A stretch of DNA of 62,676 nucleotides, filler included, from Globobulimina sp. (GCA_003354225.1; 38 parts of 38 records of this genome joined end to end with filler, not necessarily neighbours in it), one strand, 5' to 3'; shown: positions 1 through 13,124, counted from the whole stretch's first letter. The notes: generated from the letters alone by a model not told the origin. A program made the numbers and translations.

Positions 1-656
1 AGCGCAATTTTTTCTCGTTTTTTAAGGGTGGAACCAGACGGTTGATGGCCATATGCTGTGCATCGCGGTTTATTTTATAAGAATCTAATGGCAAATATGG
101 GTATTTATAAAAAGATATTAAATCGCTACCGACTGCGGCTGAAATGGACGATTTGTCCACGTATCTTTGACTCCATTCACATATGTTGTTGTTTTGCAGG
201 TTTTTGCATTTGCCGCCTCCGCATAGTTTGTGTTTACAGGATATCCACTCGAATGATGTGGAATTTTCTAAGACAAAGGGTAGGTCGTCGTGTTTGCCAC
301 AATGTGTGCAGGTGGACAAACAGGCAAAATAAGGTAAGCCACTGCCTGTATCCAAGGCCATTTCTACGCGCTGAGAGATGGGAGAACCGACATACAATAC
401 GGCATAAAAATAGTCATCAGATATTATTGGATCTACAAAACTGTCCATTAATAGCGATAATCGTCTTCGTTTAACATTTATTTTCTTTTTTTTGATTAAT
501 TGATATCGCCCGTGTTCGGATAGTGAATAATTTAAACGAAAGGTATATAATATGAGAATAGCTATCGTGGTTATTATTTTGTTCATTGTTCGGGAAGTGT
601 GGAACGAGAGCATGCTCTCAAAAAAAGATTTGAACTGGACCCTTAAAAAAAACATC

Positions 657-845
657 ATGGTCACCAGACAACTTGTGGAAGCAGCGTTGTTTCCGCTGTT
701 TATGATGGTCACCATACACGCAAGCTACAGTAGCATTTGGATAGCACCGTCACTACAATTACCACGACGAGATGTTAATATGGCAGTTGGTTATTACAAT
801 GGATCTATATTTATCATGGGAGGACTGGTTTTCCGAAACAATTGA
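657..845 (+). CDS. N-terminal exon of a secreted kelch-like beta-propeller protein (fragment)
   Basis: Hydrophobic leader followed by WIAPSLQLPRRDVNMAVGYYNGSIFIMGG (kelch blade ending GG). Similar in style to the protein at 41917. Confidence 0.55.
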   Translation: MVTRQLVEAALFPLFMMVTIHASYSSIWIAPSLQLPRRDVNMAVGYYNGSIFIMGGLVFRNN

Positions 846-1269
846 TTGAATTTAATGTGGTACAAAACACATTTACTGATCATGGAATAGCAATTGTACC
901 ATTTAAATTGCCTGGCCCCGTATATATGATTGTCTGGAATAGCAATTGTACTGTTATATATGATTCATCCCGTCACTGATTCTTTTGCTAACTCGCTGTA
1001 TGTACCACTGAACCCGTTCTTCGGTCAGTTCACTGTACTGCACTCTTTTGAGGTAGTGGCTCGACGTCGTGCTTTGAGTCAGTTATTGTCATCGAGTGAT
1101 TTAGTTGTTTGTGGTCAGTCAATTGGTCGTTGGGTGATAGTAAGTGCTATGTGGTCCCTTCAGCTATTTCCGATACGGTACGCTGTCGTGATATGTTTGA
1201 TAGTATCCACAAATCCCATGCAAATTTTTAAAAACTCAATTACCACCAACTTAAAGCCTCCAACAAATC

Positions 1270-1553
1270 AACCAATTCGCATACAATGGACTCAACTACG
1301 CATTGTCTGCAAAAAATTAGCAGAATTGGCGGAATCTTCGCAGCCAACCAAATGCTTGAAAAATTCCTTAATTGGCGGCTTTATCTTTCTACGCATCTTC
1401 AACCCGAAAATCGCAAATTCAAATCGCAAAACATTAGCAACCAGGTCAGGTTCGAGGCGGCATGAAGGAGAAATGGATGGCGTCCATGAACAAATACATT
1501 GACGAATTGACGGATATTCATCCCTTGGCGCAATACTTCAATTTGGACTCTCT
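1270..1553 (+). pseudogene. RasGAP domain relic with deletion and frameshifts
   Basis: QLRIVCK...LIGGFIFLRIFNPKI (FLR..P signature), then ISNQVRF and GGMKEKWMASMNKYIDELTDIHPLAQYFNLD in shifted frames. The usual RRxLxLIAKxLQN helix is missing. Confidence 0.7.
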
Positions 1554-1653
1554 NNNNNNNNNNNNNNNNNNNNNNNNNNNNNNNNNNNNNNNNNNNNTTA
1601 ATTAATTAANNNNNNNNNNNNNNNNNNNNNNNNNNNNNNNNNNNNNNNNNNNN
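1554..1653. other. Artificial contig linker (44 N + TTAATTAATTAA + 44 N); first of 37 identical linkers spaced about 1651-1653 bp apart
   Basis: Identical six-frame-stop palindrome flanked by 44 N each side. Contigs start at 1, 1654, 3307, 4960 ... 59475, 61126 and shrink 1553 to 1552 to 1551 bp. Confidence 0.99.
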
Positions 1654-2978
1654 AGTTTTGCAATATTTATGGGCTGGGCGCCATATCCAAGACGTCCCAA
1701 ACCGAGTTTACCCGCATTATCCAGCAGAACATGACCGGGCTCACCAAAAACAAGCAAGACCCCCTCCGCTGATAAACAAAAACAGTGAGTCAGACCAACT
1801 TCAATCTTTATTATTTCGCCTCGACTGCATTCACTGCAACACATGTCCATTTTCGTCCACTTTCCTTTGTTTGCGCCAAACTCATGTTTGGTTGTATAGA
1901 CTCTGGATTTTATTCCATAGAATGTTTTAACTAAAGTGAAAATAACAAGTGGTATTTCCATGTTTTTGCATTTGTTTCGCTTGTACCAATAATCAATTAT
2001 AACATAAGAATGGTCACACAGTGCAACACAAAAATATTGTGCACTTTTTATATCAATCACATTGAATAAACTGTCAATTAACACTGGCTCATATTTATTT
2101 TCATTGTCATCCAGTAATCCCAACTGATAATATCTGTTACACCCATTGCCATAAACATTGTTATTCTCGAATGTCAACCAAAAGGTGCTGGAACCGCAAA
2201 CATTTGCAAATACCTTTTTAATTTTGATGTTGCGCTGACGAAAATATTGCATTAATGTAAGTTTGTGCACTGATTCATTTGTACCAATGCCACATTCACC
2301 ATTTTCATTGCAACCCGACAGCCAAAACAGTTGATTGTAATAATCGCAGTAAACACTGTATTTATTTCCAGATTGAATGGTTTCTATATGCTTTGTATGC
2401 AACGACGGCCTCAATTCTTTAGCAACATATCGCATTAATGCCAGTTCGCCGTATTCGCTATTTCCGATAACATACATTTTATGTTTTTGCAGTTTTTGGT
2501 TACATGGTTCAGATTCTTTGTGTGGTGAATGCACCGTTGGTCTGATATAACCACTAAACCTTTCAACATGTTTTGTGTTAATTGACATGTATCTTATTTC
2601 AAGCCATTCACCTTCGAGATCCATAAATATATTTTCAATTTCACCCTCAATCCATTTCTCGTGCGCTTCTGAATAAATTTCACATTTTGAGCCAACTTTC
2701 CATTGTTTGCGCATTTTACTTATTTTGTCAGTGGATATGCATTTTGATTGCGGAGCATTTGGATCTATAACTTTGACGGTGCTTCCTTTGGGTATTTCGC
2801 TCATTTGTTTTTTCTTGATTTTTATATAAATGTTACGTGATTCGTCATGCAGTTTCAATTCAATCTCGTGTTTGATGCAGAATTTTGACTGAATTGCCTC
2901 TGCCAACTCAACATAACCATTGCGATACCAGTAACATTCAACTGTAATATATACGCATACGTGGATGCAACCATTCAC
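1654..2978 (-). CDS. RCC1-repeat protein with N-terminal Tudor/SH3-like module (3' partial; probable ATG at 2804)
   Basis: GNSEYGEL, GCNENGECG, GCNRYYQLG and IEVGLTHCFCLSAEG blades; upstream module WKVGSKCEIYS..KWIEGEI..EGEWL. Confidence 0.8.
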
Positions 2979-3643
2979 TCAGATATATATGCACACACTT
3001 TTTACTCTTTTCCCTTTGTAGATAACAACTACAAACGACATTGCTTGATAACATAAGTGAAAACCCTTAGTAAGATATGATGTCTCTTTTTTTGCCCTCG
3101 TTATTGTGTCTCGCTCTCAATCAAACAGTCGAGAGACAAACTGTACATTTAAACAATTCAACGTATAATCTATATTTAATCTCAAAACAATACACAAAAC
3201 AACGTANNNNNNNNNNNNNNNNNNNNNNNNNNNNNNNNNNNNNNNNNNNNTTAATTAATTAANNNNNNNNNNNNNNNNNNNNNNNNNNNNNNNNNNNNNN
3301 NNNNNNCACACAAATATTACTTTTATTTAGATTTTTGATGTATAAATGTTTGATGAATTGTGCTGTTTCAACATTTGTAAATCTTGTTTTCTGAAAATTA
3401 TTAATCCATCTTTTACATATTTGATAACCAATACGTTTATCCACTTTGAATATCGGAAATTTAAAGAGTATTGTGAAAATACAACGCACTCAAAAACAGT
3501 GCTTCAACATGACTTTTCTGCAAGCAATATTGCTAGAGCATATAATACAGAACAAATCATATGTATCAACATGTTCATAATCTTTTCATAATCATTCAAT
3601 TTATACATCGCATCTATTTCAATTCATAATCGTCCAATTCTCC

Positions 3644-4859
3644 ATGGCCAATATTCCAATTCAAAACAAACAAATCAATATGTTACAATCAGTAGATCCT
3701 GAATCGGGTGCAATAAATACAGTGCACATAAAACCAAACAGTGCAAATAGCACAGGAAAAATGAAAAGTATGCACATTTTTATACTTACGGTCATTACAA
3801 TAGGATGCATCATTACATTACAATTATTTGGAGCAAACGTTGCATATTTCAGCACTGCACAGCCAAGTTTCAGGAATTTGTTGTCAGCAGCAACAAATAA
3901 ACATGATTTTTCATTACTTAATGATCCAGTATCAGTCGTTGGTAATACCTGGCATAATGGTGGATTCTTTGCATGTGCCTGGTTAAGCAAAGTAATCAGA
4001 GATCTTTATAAAAAAACTAGAGCATCAGACATAAAACATATCGATAGGTACAAGAATGTATGGCAGTCAGTCGTAAAGGACCCTAAATTGACTCCGTGGT
4101 CAACAAACATCATTGCTATGTATTACAACGCAGAGACTACGTTCTTTAAACGACACACTGGCACAAAACATGAAATGTTCTCAGGAATGGTGATGAAAGA
4201 TGCAACCGCTCAACATTTAGTATTCGCATTCATGGGAACCAAAGGAAAGCAGGACATCAAAGTAGATTTAGATATGACAGGTAAGGAACCGAGCGGAATC
4301 CACAACGGCTTTTATAAAGTTGCAGAAGAAATCAATGGTCAGATTCCTGCTGCTATAAAAGATGCATATAAGCAATTCCAAACCATTACGCTTACTGGAC
4401 ACTCTTTTGGCGGCGCTTTAGCGCTGATTCAGGGATACCTGATAGCTCAGGACTTGGTGTCGCTATTTCCTGACAGTTCCACTAAAATTGAAATTGTTAC
4501 GTTTGGAGCACCGCATATATTTTTGCCGCATTTAACAGATACACAAAGTTTCAAAGACATATTCTCAGAGAATCCGAATGTAATTATCTATAATATTGCT
4601 CACGAGGATGATCCAATTGTTTATCCACCCATAGAAGCATTAATTGCATTAAATATTCAATATAAATATCCTGCGTATCAACCTGTTGGTAAATGTGTCA
4701 AAATTACAGCAAAGGAGAAAAAATGTAAACGAAGGCGCTCTAGGTTGGCTTCATGGTTTGGCGGTGTTGCAGCATGGCCTGTTGTTGCGGGTGCTGAGTT
4801 CACGAATTTATTTGGAGATACAATTTACACTGCCCGCATGGGACGCATGCCGCAGTCAA
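3644..4859 (+). CDS. Class 3 lipase with N-terminal membrane anchor (3' partial)
   Basis: VFAFMGT, IHNGFY, nucleophile elbow LTGHSFGG, IVTFGAP, HEDDPIV; hydrophobic stretch near aa 45-65. Confidence 0.9.
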
Positions 4860-4959
4860 NNNNNNNNNNNNNNNNNNNNNNNNNNNNNNNNNNNNNNNNN
4901 NNNTTAATTAATTAANNNNNNNNNNNNNNNNNNNNNNNNNNNNNNNNNNNNNNNNNNNN

Positions 4960-5484
4960 ATCGTTGCACATATTGTTCATATTAATATTGCTGGTCATTT
5001 GCGATAATAATGTGCTGGATCTATTATTGATGGGCGTGATGGTGATGGTGGTGGTGGGAGACACTAAATCGTCGTCGTCGTTGTAGGAGGTTTTGCCAAT
5101 GGATAAAGGTGGCAGAACAGGATTGTATTCCAGCGTTTCCATTAAGTCATCAAGAACGGGATTGTGTTTGTTGCTTTTCCTCGATGGACTGCGTTTTTTC
5201 TGTTTTGGTGAGTATGCAATTAATATGGGGGACACTCGGGTGGTGGATTGGGTGATTAATGGCGTTTTTTTTGCTTTATACATGCGCTGCAACATCCATT
5301 TCAAGGCGAGTTCTGCTGAGTGATTGTTGGTGGATATGACTGCCTCTTCGCAGAGTTTGTGATTTCGTAATTGGTCACCGAGTGTCATTAAGGTAGAGAC
5401 TAGCGTTGGATCTGCACATTGTGATGATTTCATCGCATAATTTGGTTTAAATGAAAATCGTTTCGAGGAATTGGTTGTTAGCAT
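4960..5484 (-). CDS. Protein with N-terminal UBA-like domain (3' partial)
   Basis: LVSTLMTLG...CEEAVISTNNHSAELALKWM matches the three-helix UBA pattern. Confidence 0.55.
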
Positions 5485-5683
5485 TATCGCTTACCGCATC
5501 GGGATATACACATGTATATATAGCGAGGAACTCTGGTATTAGATTAACGAGATAAACCAAAAAAAACTCAAAAACATCTTGATTTGTCATCAACAAAATC
5601 TTCAAAACACTGCTAAGATACAAAAGACAGCACAAAACAAAGAAAACCAAACACAAAAACAAAACACTACTACTACAGACATT

Positions 5684-6512
5684 TTATGGCTCATCTTTTT
5701 GTTCCTGTTCTTCCTCCTCAATATGAACAGGAACATCGACATAATCTTTATTTGTTTTTTGTTTTACATTCGCAACATTTAAATCCTTATCAGAATCATT
5801 CGATTCATTCTCAGAACCATTCGATTGTTGCGCTATGATATTAATAGCTGGCACTTGTTTATTGTTATTTATTTGTTGTTGTATTTCTATATCATATTTT
5901 TTAGTATTATCCTTTATATTTTTGCCCTTTTTTGTAATAAATTGGCTTCCTTCCAATCCCTTATGATCTTTAAATAATAATTGTATTCTTCTCACATTTA
6001 AATTATACCAAAATAAAATTGAATCATAAACCGGATATTTGAATTCATCGCAAATATTTGCTACACATGACACCATCGTATAATTCCACCATACCTCAAG
6101 TAACAAATTCTCCTCTTGGGATAATTTGATGTCGCTCCCACTGAAAATAAAATGTTGCAACGCCTCAATCTCAATCTTACGCACTTTGCGTATCCCCGCC
6201 ACTTGGTTCACGAATGCAAAATATCCAACAATCTCAAACCAGCGCCATTCATTCAATGCATCAAATTGAAAATTTAACTAAAATGTATATATTTATACAT
6301 GCGATTTTGCGAAAATAAAAGTAAATTATACGATAGTATACCTGTGCCATTTTAAACAATAAACTAAAAACAGCCACAAACGGACCAATAATATCCAAAA
6401 CCGACAATATAAACCATCTCAATACCACCAAATACTTAAACGTCGTTGCATTGGACACTTGGAACTTAAACGATGCTTTTTTCTCAGAAAACCATTCTTT
6501 TCCTCTTTTCCT
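5684..6512 (-). CDS. Hypothetical membrane protein, 5' partial, intron 6278-6341
   Basis: A GTATAC...TTTTAG intron joins ...FSLLFKMAQ to LNFQFDALNEWRWFEIVGY in frame; two hydrophobic segments. Confidence 0.6.
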
Positions 6513-6612
6513 NNNNNNNNNNNNNNNNNNNNNNNNNNNNNNNNNNNNNNNNNNNNTTAATTAATTAANNNNNNNNNNNNNNNNNNNNNNNNNNNNNNNN
6601 NNNNNNNNNNNN

Positions 6613-8063
6613 ATCGTTTATTTAATGTCGAATTCGATTTAAATGAAATGCTAAGCCGTGTGTTCAAATATTATGCATTACATCCATTCTATGCGGAGAG
6701 TATAAATAAAAAAGAGATAGTAAAAAAAGAGAATACCAACAATGAGAATAACAACAATATGAATGACATCTGTTTATATCCAGACATATTTGGACCGGAT
6801 AATGCCATGACATTGACGGATTGTGCACGTTTGACAGATTCATTATTATCCATCCCAAATATACCAGTTTTATTTCCAAATTTAAATGTGATTTCCCGCA
6901 AACTCAACAAAAATGAATACATGGATGTTTCTCAATATTTGGATGACTTAAAAGAGATTTGGGACACTGCCATGGCTTCCAATCAACACAATAAACAAGC
7001 GATGATTTATAAATTGAGCAAAAAGTACAAAACTATTTGTTTAACCAAATTTGAATTATATTTTGAAGGGTTATCCTCAGATAGAAGGCGCTCGAAAAGA
7101 TTAATTAATCAAAATGGGTTTAAAAATATATCCTCCGCTTGCATTAAAACAGAACCAGAGCAAGAAAGTGAAGACAGCGAAGAAGAGGAAGCAGAAGAAA
7201 GTGAGAGCGAGAAACCAAAAGAAGCGGCAAAAGCAGTCACGGTTAAAGTGTCGCTATTTATTTGTCCGCGCTGTGATAAGTTTGAAGGTAAAAACAGTCG
7301 CTCATTAAAGACGCATATGAGATATTGCAATAAAGGCGATGTGATGCAATATTTACAGCGGCAAAATAACACATCGACAGAGAATAACACCTCTTGCGAG
7401 TGTGGCTTCACATCGCATGTCGCCAAAGGACTACAATCGCATCAGTTGACGTGCGAACTGATCAAAAGACGATTAAATAATCAGTCCATACCATTGATTG
7501 AAGCAAATAGTAAGATTAGAATGTGGATAATGACGCAATGGTACACCGGCACTGTGATTAAACATACGCCGACCAGCCATATTCCCAATTTATATCAAAT
7601 TCATTTTCGGTCGAAAGGGGATCAGCCGTTGCCGTACAATCTTGAAAAATATAATTTTAGATTATTGACAAATAAATTAAGTATTAATCATCAACAACAC
7701 AACCAATTGAATAGTAATAAACAGAAAAAACATGTGCATAAAAAACAAAAACATCATCATAAGAAACATCATAAAAAGCATAAGAAACACAACAAAAACC
7801 ATAAAAAACGTAAGCGAGCGTGTCTTAGCGATGATGATGAGGAGAAGATGGAGAATAATAATAATAATAAAAAAAGGAGATTGAATAATAATGAGATTAG
7901 CAATGAAAATCCATTTTTTATTTATTTGCATGATATATCAAAATTTAGACATGAATTATTTAATAAACAATACAATGTGTTTCAAAAGTATGTGGACGAA
8001 TGGATCAATGATACAAATCAATTCATAAAGGAATTTAAAGATAATGATGACAGTTTAATATAA
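6613..8063 (+). CDS. Putative chromatin reader: bromodomain-like region, two C2HC zinc fingers, Tudor-like domain, His/Lys-rich tail
   Basis: NLNVISRKLNKNEYMDVSQYLDDLKEIWDTAMASN (bromo-like); CPRC..HMRYC and CECG..HQLTC; WYTGTV...YQIHF. Confidence 0.6.
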
Positions 8064-8265
8064 CAATAATGTTTTATGTTTTGTTTTGTTTCAATGTTCT
8101 TTTAACTGTTTTTGTTTTGTTTGTGTTTTTGTAATATAAAAAACACTGATTTTAATATAATTAATNNNNNNNNNNNNNNNNNNNNNNNNNNNNNNNNNNN
8201 NNNNNNNNNTTAATTAATTAANNNNNNNNNNNNNNNNNNNNNNNNNNNNNNNNNNNNNNNNNNNN

Positions 8266-9346
8266 TTATATTTGTTATTTTGGTTGGTTTAACGTTAGGT
8301 GGTGAAGAGTGTGAATCGTCAGCTTGTGGAAAAGCAGAGTTTGACGCAATTGATTTAGGTGCATTTTTGCGTGGAGATGAACCGGTCCAAAAGTCAATTG
8401 CTGCGAGATTTGATAAAGCAATGCAAGAGCGTGGATTCATACATTTAACAGAGCATGGCTGTGATGAGAATGTATTACAATCATTGTATAATGCAACAAA
8501 TGAATTTTTCATGAATTCGAATGACAGCAAAATGAAATATAACAAAGGTAAATACGGCAACACTGGATATATGCCGTATGGTCTTCAAACTAATAAAATT
8601 GAGATAGATGATGAATATGGATATGGAGGTTTAAGTGATTTGGTCGAAAGTTATGATGTTAGAACTTCCGGACATCAGTGGTTTTTGACTGACCCGAAAT
8701 GGTCAGAAGTGCCTATAGAATTTACTAGAAATAATATATTAAAAAATTATATCAAGGAATTAAGCATTTTGCTATCTCGCGTGAATTATTTAGCATCAAA
8801 TGCTTTGGATTTACCAGAAAATTATTTTGAAATGGAAACAATGCAAAAAATGAAAGATTTTCCCTTAACAGGAGTAAGAATGAATTATTATTTTGATCTT
8901 TCAGATATGACAAACATCTCCAATGTATGATACATTTCAATGTATACTGTATACAGAAATGGTGTATATATTATAATAATACACAGAATGCTGTACGTTT
9001 AGGCGCCCACACTGATTATTTTGGGTTCAATTTATTATATACTGACGAGGTCTGTGGATTGCAAGCATTTATAAATAATAAATGGACAGATATTCCATAT
9101 AAACCCAATTCATTTTTGATTGTTGCTGGTGATGTCGTGGTGCATTGGACATATCGTCGGTGGACAGCATCTAAGCATCGGGTGATTGTATGTGCAAAAA
9201 AGAAAAGAATATCAATCTCATTTTTTACTGGACCAAGTTCGCATGCATTATTTTTGCCAATGCCAAATTGTAAAAAATGCACTTTTGATGCAACTTTTCA
9301 TATGAAAAGAAAAATTGGGCTCTCTCAACCTATGGAGACACCATAA
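8266..9346 (+). CDS. 2-oxoglutarate/Fe(II) dioxygenase (IPNS-like family), intron 8925-8986
   Basis: RGFIHLTEHG, LGAHTD (HxD), GLQ, KHRV, RISISFF (RxS). A phase-0 GT-AG intron joins the two ORFs. Confidence 0.92.
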
Positions 9347-9918
9347 TTAAACGTCTTTTTTCTTCAAAAACTTTAAGCTTTTTGAACATTTTTGTTTACC
9401 GAGCTAGAAACGTTCTGACGCTGCAAATTAATTGTGAGATAATGGTTCATTATTCTACATTTCTTGTAACACAGTTAATTAAATAATATGTAGGAAATCC
9501 GAAATAAATAAAACATTGCATACGATTCAATGCACTGTATACAGAAAATGAATGCACTATTTAATCCAAAAAAAACTTCATAATAATTCGACACTATTTA
9601 ACTTAGAAATAAACTGAATCAAATGAAAGAAATATGCATCCAATAATAAAATGGAAACACAACACGAAAAAAAAATCAAACCTAATAATAAATTAAAAAA
9701 AAAACCAACAAAAAGAGTTGTGTGTGACTGTGATATTGTCTTTCATCATCATCTATGTCCAAAATAAAATGAAAACATAAAAAAAAAAGCCATCCTCATT
9801 CTAAAATGAAAAAAAAAGNNNNNNNNNNNNNNNNNNNNNNNNNNNNNNNNNNNNNNNNNNNNTTAATTAATTAANNNNNNNNNNNNNNNNNNNNNNNNNN
9901 NNNNNNNNNNNNNNNNNN

Positions 9919-11409
9919 CAAAAGGTGCGTTGAAGGAGAGATGGGCAGATTTATTAACATCACGGGACGCCAGACAACGAGGTGGAATATTGCGCAGTTA
10001 TCCAAATGTTATGGATGAGATTGGAGAGAAAATAAAAAAAGGACAGGTCGTAGCTCTTTGTGGCAGGTTTTTGTGTGCCTCAATTGCGGCGAGTGATGCC
10101 TGCATTATCGAGAAAGCGCAGTTAGAGAATGATTTACATGCAATCGGTGACATATTATGTACACAAAATAATACACAGATTGGAGAGATAATTGGTGAAT
10201 ATCAACGGTTATATTGTGGTAGCGGTACAGGTACAGGTTTAGTGCAGAAAATAAGTGAATTTTTGTCACAACGTGGCTCGGTTCGTATTATTTTAGATTC
10301 ATTATTACGATGTAAACGAAATGAAAATGCATTAAATATTGATATAAAACGTGTTGAAAACGATGTTGCTTTTTTAATAAATACAAAAAAATTTAAGAGT
10401 GAAGAAAAAAAAAGATTTGTTGAAATATTTTGTAATAATAATTGGAAATATATTCGTGAAATAAATAGAATATATGGTATGAGATCATCCAATGTGAATT
10501 TAGAAAAATTAATTAAAAGTCAGCTCGGAAGTGATTCAGGATATTTTACATTAATTTTATTGAAATATAGTTGTGATCCAAGCGCGTATTTTGCACGAAA
10601 ACTATTTATTTTGGGTTCAAAATTTGATAAAAATAGAGGTGAGATTGCAAAGATATTTTTACTTCGATCAGAAATCGATTTAAATGATATTCGAACACGG
10701 TTTGCCAACGAACAATATGGCAAGAAATTAGATAAATGGATTCAAGATAAAAGCAAAGGAAGTAAATTTGGATATTTTTTAGCGCAAATTTTAACATCGA
10801 TTGATAGACATAACAAGGATATTGATTTGCAATTAAATGTAAAACCAAAATATGATGATTTGTTATTACAAACAGAAATATTAAATAATGATAAAAAAAG
10901 ACAAGAATCATTAGACATATTTTCATCCGAAAATTGTGGATTAATTAAATTTTTAACAAAATATTTACAGTCAAAAATTGTTGATAAGATGTGGAGCAAA
11001 TTAGATTCAAAAAAGAAAGGTTACATTGAATTTGTGGTATGTCAAATTGTCAATAATGTCATGTGAGGTTGGAAGAGTTTGAGGTTGTGTAAAACATGAA
11101 ATTTATGCACTAACTAACCATTCCAACCTCACATAACAGAATTTTCCGGATTTAATTGCATTTATCGTTATATTGTACAAAGTTAAAGTATTTCAAAAAA
11201 AAACTAAATCCAAAAATAAACCAGAAATCGATAATAAACGAATAAGATCAGAAATTGAACATATTGCGGTATGGATTGCTACAAAATATATTTACAATGA
11301 TAATGGTAATGATGATACATTTAAATTGACTCAACATGACTTTCAAAATAAATTCCCTGGCTGGTGTCAGCAATATATTGATGTTAATGGAGTGTTAGAA
11401 GATTTTTGA
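9919..11409 (+). CDS. Annexin with C-terminal EF-hand-like extension, intron 11037-11139 (5' partial)
   Basis: Annexin repeats DILCTQNNTQI, FVEIFC, DPSAYFARKL, LLRSEIDLNDIR..YGKKLDKWI. GTATGT..AACAG splice is in frame with the 11173 ORF. Confidence 0.85.
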
Positions 11410-11599
11410 TCAATTCCATTTTTTTTCACAAACCAACATCCCTTTAAAACACACAGAAATCTTGATTTTTCNNNNNNNNNNNNNNNNNNNNNNNNNNNNN
11501 NNNNNNNNNNNNNNNTTAATTAATTAANNNNNNNNNNNNNNNNNNNNNNNNNNNNNNNNNNNNNNNNNNNNATTAAACTAATTTAATATTTAACGATGA

Positions 11600-13124
11600 T
11601 CACTGAGTCTGACCTGATTCATCAGAAAGTTGCAATCCTAAAAATCGTTGGGTTCTCCTAAACCTTCGATAAGAGTCCATCATTAACGAATAAACCTCAA
11701 AAATCGCATCATCAAAAATATGCAAAAACTGAGGCAATTTTATATCGGGATTATTTGACCACAGTTTCTCGTTTTGTATGACTTTCTGCATTGCTCTTTG
11801 TGTCGTATATGGTATATTTATTTGAAACGGCGAGTTACTCACAATATATTTTTGATAAATTTTCCAGACCATAATCTTCAATTTCTCCACAAATTCGTGC
11901 TCATTCGAATGAAATCCAATCTCCTCATCCAATGAATGTGACTCTTTCCGGTATGGCCCATAAATTATGTACGACTTCGGAACATTATTCGGGAAATTGA
12001 TAGTTTCATAATATTCCCGTCCTTGGTAATTAAAACCAAACTGGCTTTGATTTATACTGCTTCGCAACTGCCCAATCCCTAAATTATTAATACTGATAAA
12101 CTGCGAAATCAACTGCTGAAACTGCAAAAACTCAATAAACGACAACAATATTTCCTGACTAAATTCGTGACTCAATTGCACCATAAACATATCAAACGAT
12201 TGCCGCGAACATAGCAACTGTTCCAATGTATAGCAGTCCTTTGTGTGAGACCTCTGTTTGCTGCGTCCCTGTTGATGCATTAACATATGAGACTGCGATT
12301 TGTCACTGGTATAAGCCGACATGTATTCATTTCTGGGCGAGTCAATCGACACATATTCGTTACGCGACTTGCTCTCAAACTTCCGGATGTGATACAACTG
12401 CGAATGTATTATACTTTCCACTTTGGAGGCCACCCAAATGGTGGCAATGGACATTGCGGCAAATTCGCACAACACAGAGACAAAATACGTGACGGTCCAT
12501 AAGCCGGATTGGGGCTGACAGAGTCGTATAGAAATAGTGCACGAATAGGCCATATATTGCACGGTGATTGCAGTCAATATGCGATGCAATTCAGAGTGTA
12601 TAAAAAACTTATCTTGAAACGATGGGATGCGACAATAGATTATGATCAATAGTACAAAGGGAATGAGCGTGACAATATATTCTAATATCTTGCAGATAGC
12701 GCGAGTCACTGTGGAATGATATGAGTAATGGTTTAATGACAGGAAGTTATAGATATTCTGCGAGGGAATGCCCATAATCAATAATGGTAGGAACAGATAG
12801 CAGAATGTCCAGCGCATATTGCCGTATTTCTTTTTGTTGGCGAGGAACCAGTTGGTGGTGGAATCTCTGTAGGTTGGGTTGATTACATGTTGCCAATGGT
12901 CTGCTTTGGCAGCAATGATCCATGACATGTCATACATTAATAAATAGAATCTCCACACCCAGGTCAAGTATAACACATAGGAGGACATGTTGGCGCCAAT
13001 CAGAGAGATTGTGACTGGGAGGGAATCGACGTCGTGCTGCTGTTCAATGACTAAGGAGATGAAGGCGGAACCGCTGCATAATATTTTTATTACGTAAATT
13101 ATTACCTCGTAAAAGACAATGCGA
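11600..13124 (-). CDS. Multi-pass (7TM-type) protein fused to a C-terminal RGS domain (5' partial)
   Basis: Several TM helices, then FMVQLSHEFSQEILLSFIEF, IYQKYI..PFQINI and FDDAIFEVYSLMMDSYRRF. Frame open to the contig edge. Confidence 0.9.

Noticed and set aside
58..1260. ORFs 58-474 and the first part of 930-1502
   Set aside because: No protein-like motifs; only the 3' RasGAP-like part of the second ORF is supported.
13074..13105. Possible 32-nt GT-AG micro-intron in the 7TM-RGS gene
   Set aside because: The unspliced frame is open and reads as a TM helix (RIVFYEVIIYVIKILC), so no intron is needed.
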